From Patescibacteria group bacterium (GTDB taxonomy: Bacteria; Patescibacteriota; Minisyncoccia; 2-02-FULL-40-12; GWA2-44-9): a DNA stretch of 42,269 bases. Position numbers and translations under genes: made by a program. This document shows, piece by piece, positions 25,333 to 35,700 of the stretch. Numbering within the stretch: the first letter of the stretch is position 1; every line of letters begins with the position of its first letter. The stretch spans positions 1 to 42,269 of the forward strand of contig JBBTRD010000013.1 in NCBI GenBank assembly GCA_038065335.1, written 5' to 3'. The notes under the pieces were generated by a model that saw only the letters and a list, made by a program, of their open reading frames with translations, had not been told where the DNA came from and did not search any database.

Positions 25333-27549
25333 TTACACTTCATCCTCTTGTTCCGCTTCGGGCGTATCGGCGCTGATTAGTTCTGGATTGGGAGCCATGG
25401 AGGCCGAGGAAATGCCAGCATGTTCCATGCCTTCGGGCTTGAGATAAACCTCACGAGGCTTGGCGCCATCCCCCGGTCCGATAACGCCTCGATCTTCGAG
25501 GATATCGAGTAAGCGGGCGGCCCGGGCGTAACCAACCCGGAGACGACGCTGAAGAAGCGAGGCCGAAGCTTTGCCGGCTTCCATGACCACAAGTTTGGCA
25601 TCAGGATACATATCATCTTCAGTAGCATAATCACCGTCGCGACCGCCATATGAGGCTGGAGCGCTGAAATCAACTTGGAGCGATTGTTCACTGTTAACCT
25701 CAAGCGCGTCGCCCTGTTCTTTAAGGAACTTTACGACGTCATGAACTTCCGTTTCGGTAACAAGGGCGCCTTGGACTCGCCGAGGTTTGGCTGTATCGCC
25801 CGAAAGGAAAAGCATATCGCCCTTACCCAATAATTTTTCCGCGCCGGGCATATCCAGAATCGTTCGTGAATCAATCTGACTTGGCACGGCCAAGGCCATC
25901 CGAGAAGTAATATTGGCTTTAATTAAACCTGTAATAACTTCCACCGACGGACGTTGGGTCGAAAGAATTAAGTGGATACCCACGGCCCGAGACATTTGCG
26001 CAAGACGGACGATGGCCGTTTCCACATCTCGGCCATACGAAGCCATTAAATCGGCCAGTTCGTCAATTACAATGACAATCGCGGGCATAATTGGCTCGCC
26101 CCGGTCGGTCATCTTGGCATTATAAGAAAACATGTCTTTGGAGCCGACTTTTAAAAGTTGTCCGTAGCGCTGTTCCATTTCGCCGATAGCCCATTTTAAG
26201 GCTCCGATGACTTTTTTGTTGTCAGTGATAACCGGCGTAATCAAATGCGGAATACCGTCATAGAGCGTAAGCTCAACACGCTTTGGGTCAATCAGGATCA
26301 ATTTAAGCGCGTTGGGAGAATGTTTATATAACAACGAAAGAAGAATGGCATTAATGGCGACGGACTTACCCGTCCCTGTGGCTCCAGCCACCAACAAGTG
26401 AGGCATCTTCTCCAGACCGGCAAAGATTGGCGCGCCGGCTACGTCGCGACCCAAAGCCAACGGCAAAAAGTATTTGGATTTAATAAACTCGTCACTGTCA
26501 AACATGTTGCGCAAACCAATAATGGCCACTTTTTTGTTGGGCACTTCGATACCGACCAAAGATTTACCGGGAATCGGGGCTTCAATCCGAATCGGATGAG
26601 CGGCCAGAGCCAGAGACAAATCCGGATTCAAGGTACCGATACGCGAAAGCTTCACCCCGACCGCGGGACGCAAAGTGAATTGAGTGACAGTCGGCCCGAT
26701 CGACACCTCTCCCATCTCCACATCAATGCCAAAATTGGCCAAAGTCCGCTTGATAATCGTGGCGCTGGCATTAATATCGCCTGTCACCGCTTCTTCTTGA
26801 TCTTCATTCAACAAATCAATCGACGGCAGAGTCCATTTGCCCAGTTTAAGATTTTTAATCACAAACTCTTTATCGCTCATCGGTTCGGCTTTGGTAGCTC
26901 GAACATTAATTGGTGTAATAGCCGGTTTAAATTCTGGTTTCTTTTGGTCTACAATTTCGTTGCCTTTTTTAACAACCACGTCGGTTGAATCGGTTTCTTG
27001 GGGTGGTTTGGCAAAAAGACCCCCAATGGAAATATTTAAAGAAATAAGAATGGCGATCATGCTCAAAGCGATAAGCACAATTGTTGAAGCCGTGAATCCA
27101 ACGAAAGACAGTAAAGGGTAACCGAAAATGAGACCAAGATATCCGCCTTGAACGACTCGAGCTTGAGTATCGCCGCCACCAAAGATGAAGAAAATGCCCA
27201 GAAAAGTTAGGACGAACAATCCTGTTCCAAACACCGCGCTGAAATACACTCTACGCGAAAGCGATTTTATAAAAGAAATACCCAGAAAAATGAACGCTAT
27301 CGGAATAATGAAAAATCCCCAACCAAACAGGGATCGCGCGGTAATATTAAACAGTTCGCCGGCTCGGCCGGCCTTACCAACAAAACTTAGTAAACTCAGC
27401 AGAGCCAAGCTAAAGCTTATGATGCCCCAGATACTGTTTCTCGTCTCTTGTCCCAAATCAAATCTGGGGGGTTTATCCTCTTTTGGCGGTCGCCCCCGTC
27501 TTTTCGGTTCCCTGTCTTCGATTTCTTTATTCTTCCACGATCTTCCCAT
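25333..27549 (-). CDS. ftsK: DNA translocase FtsK/SpoIIIE
   Basis: 738 aa with N-terminal TM helices, the Walker A motif GATGTGKS, IVIDELADLM and the C-terminal gamma wHTH LLQRRLRVGYARAARLLD. Confidence 0.9.
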   Translation of the reverse strand: MGRSWKNKEIEDREPKRRGRPPKEDKPPRFDLGQETRNSIWGIISFSLALLSLLSFVGKAGRAGELFNITARSLFGWGFFIIPIAFIFLGISFIKSLSRRVYFSAVFGTGLFVLTFLGIFFIFGGGDTQARVVQGGYLGLIFGYPLLSFVGFTASTIVLIALSMIAILISLNISIGGLFAKPPQETDSTDVVVKKGNEIVDQKKPEFKPAITPINVRATKAEPMSDKEFVIKNLKLGKWTLPSIDLLNEDQEEAVTGDINASATIIKRTLANFGIDVEMGEVSIGPTVTQFTLRPAVGVKLSRIGTLNPDLSLALAAHPIRIEAPIPGKSLVGIEVPNKKVAIIGLRNMFDSDEFIKSKYFLPLALGRDVAGAPIFAGLEKMPHLLVAGATGTGKSVAINAILLSLLYKHSPNALKLILIDPKRVELTLYDGIPHLITPVITDNKKVIGALKWAIGEMEQRYGQLLKVGSKDMFSYNAKMTDRGEPIMPAIVIVIDELADLMASYGRDVETAIVRLAQMSRAVGIHLILSTQRPSVEVITGLIKANITSRMALAVPSQIDSRTILDMPGAEKLLGKGDMLFLSGDTAKPRRVQGALVTETEVHDVVKFLKEQGDALEVNSEQSLQVDFSAPASYGGRDGDYATEDDMYPDAKLVVMEAGKASASLLQRRLRVGYARAARLLDILEDRGVIGPGDGAKPREVYLKPEGMEHAGISSASMAPNPELISADTPEAEQEDEV

Positions 27550-27608
27550 AATGCTAATTATTCCTTATTTATAATTCAAAATCAATACCCATATCACCCA
27601 TATCCCTA

Positions 27609-27642
27609 TTTATATATTAATACGATCGTATTGTTTTATAAA
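27609..27642. promoter_or_regulatory. Palindromic site, copy 2 of 3 (core 27619..27632), abutting the stop of PaaX-like paralog 2 and upstream of ftsK
   Basis: TTTATATATTAATACGATCGTATTGTTTTATAAA is identical over 34 nt to 28203..28236. Confidence 0.75.
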
Positions 27643-28194
27643 TCAAACCTTGAACTTTATTTTCAAATCTTTATCGTAATCCATGTGGTCTATTGTTACA
27701 AATCTTGTGTGTTGTTTTATATTTTCTTCAAACAATAAATCTTTTAGAAATACGGGAATTGGGTAGGGATATATCCAGGCACTCTTTTGAAATTCTTTAA
27801 AACCGATAGCCCGTAAAATTAGTCGCAGATAATCTCGATGTTTTCGTTTTTTCTCGGGAATATCAAAAAATACTAACCGCCATTTGCCATCCCATTTTAT
27901 TTTTTCTTTTTTATATATACCAGTTTCAGCGTTTATATAAGCAAAAAATGCTTCTTTTTTACCTTGGTCAGTAAGATAATATAGACTATTTTTTCTTTCA
28001 ATTAACTTATTTTTCCGTAAATTGCATAAGGCAACATCGTAAGTGATTCTTCGTCTTCCGTAACAATATTTACGGGCATATTTGTGAGGAAAGAACACCC
28101 GCGCTGGTCCTTCTTGAATGCTCCATAAAATTGCCAAAATAGTTCTGGGCACAGAAAGAAGTATTTTCGCACTTTTGGCATTGTTTCCGAACAT
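27643..28194 (-). CDS. PaaX-like regulator: wHTH plus Cas2/VapD-like domain (paralog 2)
   Basis: WDGKWRLVFFDIPEKKRKHRDYLRLILRAIGFKEFQKSAWIYPYP. Same architecture as 19141..19677. Confidence 0.7.
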   Translation of the reverse strand: MFGNNAKSAKILLSVPRTILAILWSIQEGPARVFFPHKYARKYCYGRRRITYDVALCNLRKNKLIERKNSLYYLTDQGKKEAFFAYINAETGIYKKEKIKWDGKWRLVFFDIPEKKRKHRDYLRLILRAIGFKEFQKSAWIYPYPIPVFLKDLLFEENIKQHTRFVTIDHMDYDKDLKIKFKV

Positions 28195-28202
28195 ATAGTC
28201 TC

Positions 28203-28237
28203 TTTATATATTAATACGATCGTATTGTTTTATAAAG
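28203..28237. promoter_or_regulatory. Palindromic site, copy 3 of 3 (core 28213..28226), 9 nt upstream of the paralog 2 start
   Basis: TTTATATATTAATACGATCGTATTGTTTTATAAAG is positioned as an autoregulatory operator or promoter. Confidence 0.75.
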
Positions 28238-28271
28238 TGGATAATTATAATAATTGGGATTCTTTGTAGCT

Positions 28272-28303
28272 TATAAAAAGAAAACGGCGTCCGAAGACGC
28301 CGT
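28272..28303 (-). terminator. Rho-independent terminator closing the GC-rich island transcript
   Basis: Minus strand reads ACGGCGTC-TTCG-GACGCCGT followed by TTTTCTTTTT. Confidence 0.8.
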
Positions 28304-28507
28304 GGAAGTGGTTGGGGGTTGGTTTGCGGCTGTATCCCCCGGGGTCGCCAGCCTGTAGCCTACCTGTGCGCCGAGACTTCCCGCTCGGCGATTGATGGTT
28401 CAACTACGCATTTAGTTTCCTTCTGCTTTTCAGGCAAGAAAGAGTTGGTCTCCGTCGCGGATCACCTTTCGGCTTAACCCGCGACATGCCCCTCCGAGGC
28501 CAATCAA

Positions 28508-28744
28508 CTATCGACCGTGAAACGCCGTGACGCGCGGATCGAGCCGCGAGTCGCTGTCGGCCGCCGCCCCGACGATCCAGGCCCGGTAATTCCACCGCGC
28601 CGCCGTAACGGGTTTGATGCCCCGACGGGCCAACTGAGCTTTGGCCTGCCTCAGCGTCTCGACCTGGGTCTGTTCCCAGGTAGTCGCCGGTTTGATCCCG
28701 GCAACCATGAGCGCCGGCTTTGCGAAATCGAAGATGGTGGGCAT
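28508..28744 (-). CDS. Hypothetical 78-aa protein encoded in a high-GC island
   Basis: ATG at 28744 preceded by AGGAGA 6 nt upstream. By hand count 62 of 78 codons end in G/C against about 55% G/C at position 2, a coding-like gradient. The track ORF 28508..28807 includes a 5' extension that I do not believe. Confidence 0.5.
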   Translation of the reverse strand: MPTIFDFAKPALMVAGIKPATTWEQTQVETLRQAKAQLARRGIKPVTAARWNYRAWIVGAAADSDSRLDPRVTAFHGR

Positions 28745-28823
28745 AGTTGTCTCCTGCAGATTGTGAAGTTCCTGACCGGCCTGTCTGTCGCCTGACAGAC
28801 TAAGCAAAGCTGATTGTATTTAC

Positions 28824-28852
28824 GGTATAGCATGTATTCAGCACAAAGTCAA
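28824..28852 (-). promoter_or_regulatory. Sigma-70-type promoter of the island transcript
   Basis: Minus strand reads TTGACT, a 17-nt spacer, then TATACC. The 5' UTR contains the hairpin GTCTGTC-AGGC-GACAGAC. Confidence 0.55.
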
Positions 28853-28880
28853 TAGCTAAAAATGACCTCTTTTGCCACCT

Positions 28881-28908
28881 TAAAACCGCCCTTTTAGGGG
28901 CGGTTTTA
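28881..28908 (-). terminator. Terminator downstream of rpoC (bidirectional hairpin)
   Basis: AAAACCGCCC-loop-GGGCGGTTTT with U-tracts on both strands, about 140 nt after the rpoC stop. Confidence 0.7.
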
Positions 28909-29047
28909 AGTTATGATAGATTCAGGGGTCTGTATAAATATGGTTGAGTTTAAGGCGGTTTCGAGGAACGGAGTAAGCGATACTACAAGGTATCGCGGCG
29001 AGTACCGCAGAAACCAACGCCGAAATCGACCAGATTTATAAGACCTT

Positions 29048-32000
29048 CTATTCGAGGGTTTGGAATCCTGTTCCGGCCGGAATGAGGCGACCGATAATAA
29101 CATTTTCTTTGAGACCACGAAGATTGTCTTCTTTGCCCATTAGGGCGGATTCGATGAGAACTGAAGCGGTTTGTTGGAAGGAAGCGGCGGACAAGAAACT
29201 ATCGGTGGAGAGCGAGACTTTCGAGATACCCATCAAAAGCTGTTCATAGGTCGCCTCTCGTTTTCCGCCAGAGGCGGATCCGTCTTTGACGGATTTCTCC
29301 GATCTGATTTTTTCGTTTTCGTTTAAAGCCTTGCGTTTTTCGACAACCGATTCCGCCAAAAGTTCGGTGTCGCCCGGGTCAAGAATCTTCACGCGCGAAA
29401 ACATTTGTTTGGTAATCAGCTCGATATGTTTATCATTGACGCTATCGCCCGTTGGAGAATAGATACCGTGAACTTCTCGAACAATGTAGCGAGTGACCAA
29501 ATCAATATCATTGGTGGTCTCAAAGAGTTCGCGAAGATCGACGTTGCCTTCACTCAATTGTTGGCCAACGCCGACTAAATCACCCACTCCAACCATAACC
29601 GGAATATTTGGAATGAGAGCATACTCGCGTTTTTCACCGGTCATCGCCACTTCAATAATCATTACTCGCATTTTAGCTCGTTCTTCAATCGCAATAACTT
29701 TGCCATCGACATCAGAGATAACCGCTTTGAAAGATGGCGACCGCGCTTCAAAAATTTCCACGATTCTCGGCAGACCCATCGTGATGTCGGCTCCACCCGC
29801 GCCGGCCACGCCACCGGTATGGAAAGTGCGCATCGTGAGCTGGGTACCAGGTTCTCCAATCGCTTGGGCCGTTACAATACCAACCGCTTCACCAACATTC
29901 ACGAGTTCATTCTTAGACAAATCGTAACCATAACACAGACGACAAATACCATTGGCTGATTTGCACTTAACCACGGAACGAATTCGGATGGTGGAAAGTT
30001 TTAATTCTTCAATTTTTTTGGAAGTTTCTTTGTCAACGATTTTGCCTTTCTTGGCGATAATCACGCCGTCGGCGGAGACAACGTCATCCATAACGACACG
30101 ACCTTTAATGCGTCGAGCTAAAGATTCACCACTGAATTTAGAGTCTTCGGCGTAAAGAGTCAGCCCTTCTTTATCTTTGCAATCTTCATCAAGAATAACT
30201 ACGTCTTGAGCGACATCAACGAGCCGACGAGTGAGATAGCCGGCTTCGGCTGTCTTTAAGGCCGTATCAACGAGACCTTTACGAGCGCCGTGAGTGGAAA
30301 TGAAGTATTCTAACGGTTGCATGCCCTCTTTGAGAGAATTTTTAACCGGTAGCTCCATCAATTCGCCCGACGGATTAACCACGATACCGCGCATACCCAT
30401 AAGCTGGTCCAGAACGGACCACGAACCGCGAGAATTAGAATCAACAAGCATGAAAGCTGAATCGCTTGGCTTGAGTTGTTTTTTAACGAGCACCGACAAT
30501 TTTGCTTTGGCCTCGGTCCAAATCTCAATCGCTTTTGTTTTACGCTCGTGTTCAGTCAACAAGCCATTATCATAGGACGCGCGATTATCCTCAATGAGCT
30601 TATCAGCAATGGCAATAATTTCCGGTTTTTCAGACGGCAAGTGTAAATCAGCAAGAGTCCATGAAACACCGGACAATGTCGCGTAATGAAAACCAAGCTG
30701 AGTGATATTGTTTAAAAATCTAACCGTCACCGCTTCTCCACGTTCATCCCAAATATCCAATTCAATGTGTTTAAGTTCTCCTTTAGTCATTTTCTTATTT
30801 ACGTATGGATGACCGGCCGGCAGAGCTTGATTGAAGATAATTCGACCAATACTTGTTTCAAATAGTTCTAATTTCTCTTTAGCGTCGGGATTAGGAACTT
30901 TAATCTTGGCCTGAATATTAATAACGTCATTTTCATAGGCCAGCAGCGCGTCTTCAAAAGAATAAAATATTTTCCCCTCACCTTTGGCCCCGTCGGCCGT
31001 AGCCGTGAGATAGTAACAACCCAAAACAATATCGTTCTTGGCCGCCGCGACCGGTTCCCCGGTCGCTGGTTTCAAAATCGCGTGACTAGCAAGCATTAAT
31101 TCTCGAGCTTCGCGTTGCGCTTCATCAGTCAGAGGTAAATGAACGGCCATCTGATCACCATCGAAATCAGCATTAAAAGCGACGGTGGGTAAAGCTGGGA
31201 CCTTGATCGCTTTACCTTCAATTAGACTCGGCTTAAAGGCTTGGATGCCAAGACGATGCAGGGTTGGGGCCCGATTAAGCAAAACTAATTTATTAGTCAT
31301 CGCTTCTTCAAGAGCTGTCCAAACATCCGGTGTTTCTTGTTCAATTAAACGGCTGGCGGATTTAATATTGTGGGCTAATTCTTTACGAATCAAAATACCG
31401 ATCACAAACGGTTTAAACAATTCTAGAGCCATGCGCTTCGGCAAACCGCATTGATCAATTTCTAATTCTGAACCGACAACAATAACGGAACGGGCGGAAT
31501 AATCGACGCGCTTGCCCAGCAAGTTCTGCCGGAAACGGCCCTGCTTGCCTTTGAGCATGTCGGCGAGAGATTTTAAGGCGCGCTTTTGGCCGGTCGAAGC
31601 GGCGGTAGCGGACTGATTGCGTTTCATTGAGTTATCAATGAGCGAATCAACGGCTTCCTGCAACATTCGTTTTTCATTTTTAGTGATGACTTCCGGGGCT
31701 TTTAATTCTAGAAGGTGCTTCAAGCGATTATTGCGATTGATTACTCGACGATAGAGATCGTTTAGGTCGGAAGTGGCAAAGCGACCACCATCCAATGGCA
31801 CCATGGGACGCAAAGCCGGAGGGATGACCGGTAAAATACTGATAATCATCCACTCCGGACGAATCCCGGAATTTTGCATCCCCCGAATGAATCGCAATCG
31901 GCGCGACATTTTGCGAAATTCCAACGGATTCTTTTCGTTCTTGATTTCCCCTTCTAACGCGGGGATAATATCGTCAAAGTTTAATTCTTCCAGTAATTTT

Positions 32001-32638
32001 TTGACCGCGTCCGCCCCGATACCGGCCTCGAAAACTTCACCGTATTTCAATGACAAATCCCGAAAATCAAGTTCGGAAATAACCTGATATTTGAGCAAAT
32101 TGCGAAGATTATTTTTTTCGCGATCTTTGAGTTCTTTGAGTGATTCTTCCTCCTCGACGTTTTTAACATTTTTAATTTTTGACTTAAACTCGCCTTCGAT
32201 GCGCTTCATCGCTTCGGCTTTTAGCTCTTCGTCCACTTTCATAATAATGTAGCTCGCGAAATAAACGACTTTTTCCAGTTCCGGCAAGGAAACACCGAGA
32301 ATCGCCGCCACTTTCGATGGAACGCCCCGCAAAAACCAAATATGAGCGACTGACGCCGCCAATTTAATATGACCCATGCGCTCGCGACGAACAATGGCTC
32401 GAGTCACTTCCACGCCACACCGATCGCAAATGATACCCTTATAACGAATACGCTTATACTTACCGCAATAACATTCCCAGTCCTTGGTTGGCCCAAAAAT
32501 AGCTTCAGAAAACAAACCTTCCCGCTCCGGTTTTTGAGTGCGATAGTTAATGGTTTCCGGCTTGGTCACTTCGCCATATGACCACGACAAAATATCCTCC
32601 GGCGACGCAATTTTGAGTTTTATTGAAGCTAAATCCAT
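29048..32638 (-). CDS. rpoC: DNA-directed RNA polymerase subunit beta'
   Basis: 1196 aa with the zinc motif [23 protein letters not shown], the catalytic [12 protein letters not shown] and the C-terminal [16 protein letters not shown]. Confidence 0.97.
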   Translation of the reverse strand: MDLASIKLKIASPEDILSWSYGEVTKPETINYRTQKPEREGLFSEAIFGPTKDWECYCGKYKRIRYKGIICDRCGVEVTRAIVRRERMGHIKLAASVAHIWFLRGVPSKVAAILGVSLPELEKVVYFASYIIMKVDEELKAEAMKRIEGEFKSKIKNVKNVEEEESLKELKDREKNNLRNLLKYQVISELDFRDLSLKYGEVFEAGIGADAVKKLLEELNFDDIIPALEGEIKNEKNPLEFRKMSRRLRFIRGMQNSGIRPEWMIISILPVIPPALRPMVPLDGGRFATSDLNDLYRRVINRNNRLKHLLELKAPEVITKNEKRMLQEAVDSLIDNSMKRNQSATAASTGQKRALKSLADMLKGKQGRFRQNLLGKRVDYSARSVIVVGSELEIDQCGLPKRMALELFKPFVIGILIRKELAHNIKSASRLIEQETPDVWTALEEAMTNKLVLLNRAPTLHRLGIQAFKPSLIEGKAIKVPALPTVAFNADFDGDQMAVHLPLTDEAQREARELMLASHAILKPATGEPVAAAKNDIVLGCYYLTATADGAKGEGKIFYSFEDALLAYENDVINIQAKIKVPNPDAKEKLELFETSIGRIIFNQALPAGHPYVNKKMTKGELKHIELDIWDERGEAVTVRFLNNITQLGFHYATLSGVSWTLADLHLPSEKPEIIAIADKLIEDNRASYDNGLLTEHERKTKAIEIWTEAKAKLSVLVKKQLKPSDSAFMLVDSNSRGSWSVLDQLMGMRGIVVNPSGELMELPVKNSLKEGMQPLEYFISTHGARKGLVDTALKTAEAGYLTRRLVDVAQDVVILDEDCKDKEGLTLYAEDSKFSGESLARRIKGRVVMDDVVSADGVIIAKKGKIVDKETSKKIEELKLSTIRIRSVVKCKSANGICRLCYGYDLSKNELVNVGEAVGIVTAQAIGEPGTQLTMRTFHTGGVAGAGGADITMGLPRIVEIFEARSPSFKAVISDVDGKVIAIEERAKMRVMIIEVAMTGEKREYALIPNIPVMVGVGDLVGVGQQLSEGNVDLRELFETTNDIDLVTRYIVREVHGIYSPTGDSVNDKHIELITKQMFSRVKILDPGDTELLAESVVEKRKALNENEKIRSEKSVKDGSASGGKREATYEQLLMGISKVSLSTDSFLSAASFQQTASVLIESALMGKEDNLRGLKENVIIGRLIPAGTGFQTLE

Positions 32639-32663
32639 AGAAGCGACACTAATTACGAATTAC

Positions 32664-32724
32664 ACGCGAATCCACGAATAGAATCCATTCTGATTTTATT
32701 TGTGTCATTCGTGTCCATTCGCGT
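32664..32724 (-). other. Word-built hairpin in the rpoB-rpoC spacer
   Basis: On the plus strand, ACGCGAAT-CC-ACGAAT pairs with ATTCGT-GTCC-ATTCGCGT across a ~27-nt loop. Confidence 0.55.
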
Positions 32725-32737
32725 ATTGGCGTCGGGG

Positions 32738-35700
32738 TTACTTTTCCATTAATTCCACATTCAATGCTAAGCCCTTGATTTCGGACAACAATACCTTAAA
32801 TGATTCCGGTAAATGGGGGGCTTTGATTTCTTCACCATTGACAATCGATTCATAAGTCTTGGCTCGGCCCAAAACATCATCCGACTTGATGGTCAACATT
32901 TCTTGCAAAGTATGAGCCGCGCCATAACCTTCCAAAGCCCAAACTTCCATTTCCCCAAAACGCTGGCCGCCAAATTGGGCTTTACCGCCCAACGGTTGTT
33001 GGGTAATAAGCGAGTACGGCCCGATCGAACGCATGTGAAGTTTGTCCTCCACCATATGAATCAGTTTAAGAAAATAAGTGATACCGACGTGAACGGGCTT
33101 CGCGAAAGGCAGGCCGGTCTTGCCGTCATAAAGCTGTTGGCGTCCATCGACGGGAAAACCGGCTTTCTTTAATTCCTCCATAATGACGTTCTCGCCCGGA
33201 CCAGCCATCGCTGGCGTCTGGGCCTTATAACCAAGTTTTTTCGCGGCGAGGCCAAGGTGGGATTCCAAAATCTGACCAATATTCATACGGGAAATAACAC
33301 CCAAGGGCGAAAGAACAATGTCCACGGGTGTTCCATCGGCCAAGAAGGGCATATCCTCTTGGGGTAAAATAACGGAAATAACCCCTTTGTTGCCGTGCCG
33401 GCCGGCGAGTTTATCGCCGACTTGAATTTTGCGAAGTTGGGCTACGGAAACTTCGATTCGTTTAATGACGCCCACATCAAGCTTGTCGCCTTCTTCGCGA
33501 GTGAAAGTCTTGATGTCAACAACACGGCCTTGACGGCCGTATTCCAAACGCATTGAAGAATCTTTAACATCGCGAGATTTATCTCCGAAAATGGCGCGCA
33601 ACAAACGTTCTTCAGCCGTTAAATCTGACTCGCCTTTCGGAGAAATTTTACCGACCAAAATATCTTGAGAGTGGACTTCCGCTCCAACTCGAACTACGCC
33701 ATCCGGATCCAAATCATTCAACCGTTCCATGGCCACATTTGGAATATCGTAAGTGGTAAGTTCCGGTCCAAGCTTAGTGTCGCGAACATCCATGGCGTAA
33801 TCTTCTATATGAATAGAAGAAAGAACATCTTCTTTAACTAAACGATCGGAAAGAATAATGGCGTCTTCAAAATTCGCGCCTTTAAACGACATATAGGCCA
33901 CCAAAAGATTTTTGCCCAATGAAAGTTCGCCGCCTTGAGTCGAAGGACCGTCAGCTAGAATTTCCCCTTTTTTGACCCTCTGATCTTTAGTGACGATCGG
34001 GCGTTGATTTAAAGCTGTAAATTTATTTGAACGTTGAAATTTGAGAAGTTTGAATTCGTATTCTTTATCTTTTTCTGTTTTAAGAACAATCTTTCCTGAA
34101 TCAACTTTGGTAATCGTGCCAGCTTCCGGAGCGATCACAAGCATCCCCGAATCACGGGCAACTTTAGCTTCCATGCCCGTGCCAACATACGGAGCTTCCG
34201 GAGCAATCAATGGCACGGCCTGCTTCTGCATGTTCGTACCCATCAAAGCGCGGTTGGCGTCGTCGTTTTCCAAAAACGGAATCAAGGTCGTCGCGACCGA
34301 GAACTGCTGTTTGGGCGAGACGTCTATAAAATCAATGTCCTCGGCATCAGCCGTGTTCGCTTCGCCTTTAATACGGACCGGGATTTTATCGCCGACGAGC
34401 TTGCCGGCTTTGTCCATCTTGGCGCCAGCCTGAGCAATCACGTAACGTTCTTCCTCTGTCGCATCCATATAGATGACCTCATCGGTAATCTTGCAATCTT
34501 TTACCTTAATATATGGAGTCAAAATAAATCCGAGTGGAGAAATTTTGGAGTACATCGCCAAATGACCAACCAGACCGATATTAGCGCCTTCCGGTGTGGC
34601 AATGGGACAAATACGGCCATAATGCGACGGATGAACATCGCGAACTTCAAAACTGGCTCGTTCTCGAGTCAAGCCACCCGGCCCGAGAGCAGTTAAACGT
34701 CGTTTATGCTCAAGTTCTGAAAGTGGATTTTCTTGATCCATAAATTGAGACAACTGACCGGAAGCAAAGAATTCTTTCAAAGCGGCTACGAATGGGCGAG
34801 CGTTAATGAGTTGAGACGGCAAAACCGTGGCAATGTCTGACGTCGACATGCGATCTTTGATATTACGTTCCATACGTGAAAACGCAACCCGAAGACGATC
34901 TTGAAGCAATTCACCCAATGTTTTGACGCGACGGTTGCCAAGGTGATCAATATTATCGACTTTAGAAGTCGAATCATTGTTGAGACGAATAATTTCTTTG
35001 AGGATAAGAACAACATCTTCGACGCGAAGAACACGATTTTTGGCTTCATCATAACCAACATCCTGGTTAAAACGCTGGTTTAATCGGAAACGACCAACTT
35101 TGGACAAGTCATAGCGCGATGTATTCGTGAACAAGTTCATAATCATCTGCTTGGCATTGTCGGGCGTGGCTGGATCGCCGGGACGAACCCGTTTATAGAG
35201 TTCAATAAAACCCTCGTCTTGAGTTGAAGAAGGATCGTTTGAAATCGTGGCTTCAATATATCTTATATCCGGATTTTCCGCGTTGCCCGTGTCAACGTCT
35301 TGAAACATTTTCTTTATATCTTCATTTTTAGAGAGACCTAGCGCGCGTAAAAGAGCTGTCGCCGCTACTTTTCGTTTGCGGTCGATACGAACAGAAATAA
35401 CACCGTTGTATTCAGTCTCAAATTCGAGCCAAGCTCCGCGAGCCGGGATTAATTTTGCACCGAAAAACCGCTGGTGGCGGCTTGAACGAGATAATGAAAA
35501 AAGGGCTCCCGGGCTTCGAATAAGTTGTGAAATAACAACTCGTTCAACGCCATTAATAATAAACGTGCCACGGGGAGTCATCAGTGGAAAATCAGCGAGA
35601 AAGAGTTCCTGCGGACGTTCTATACCGGTTTTCTTGTTTTTAAGAAGAACCTTAACCTTTAATGGAGCTTCGTAGGAAGTATTTTTTTCGATGGCAACCC

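Noticed and set aside
19141-28237. CRISPR-Cas remnant (Cas2-like proteins plus repeated palindromes)
   Set aside because: The WRLV(I/F)FDIP core is shared with Cas2, but both proteins carry an N-terminal wHTH like PaaX-family regulators. The repeats are single sites near the promoter and the 3' end, not a regularly spaced repeat-spacer array. No cas1 or other cas genes are present.
28265-28507. The structured GC-rich tail as RNase P RNA, tmRNA, SRP RNA or 6S RNA
   Set aside because: It lacks GAGGAAAGTCCGGGC (RNase P). It has no tRNA-like ends or tag ORF (tmRNA). It has no GGAAGCAGC-type SRP domain IV motif. The size and shape are wrong for 6S RNA. It remains unexplained.
28404-28833. Overlapping ORFs 28404..28595(-), 28517..28795(+), 28651..28833(-) and the long form 28508..28807(-)
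   Set aside because: High-GC sequence keeps many frames open. Only the frame starting at ATG 28744 has a strong SD and a GC3 > GC2 gradient. The others are treated as composition artefacts.
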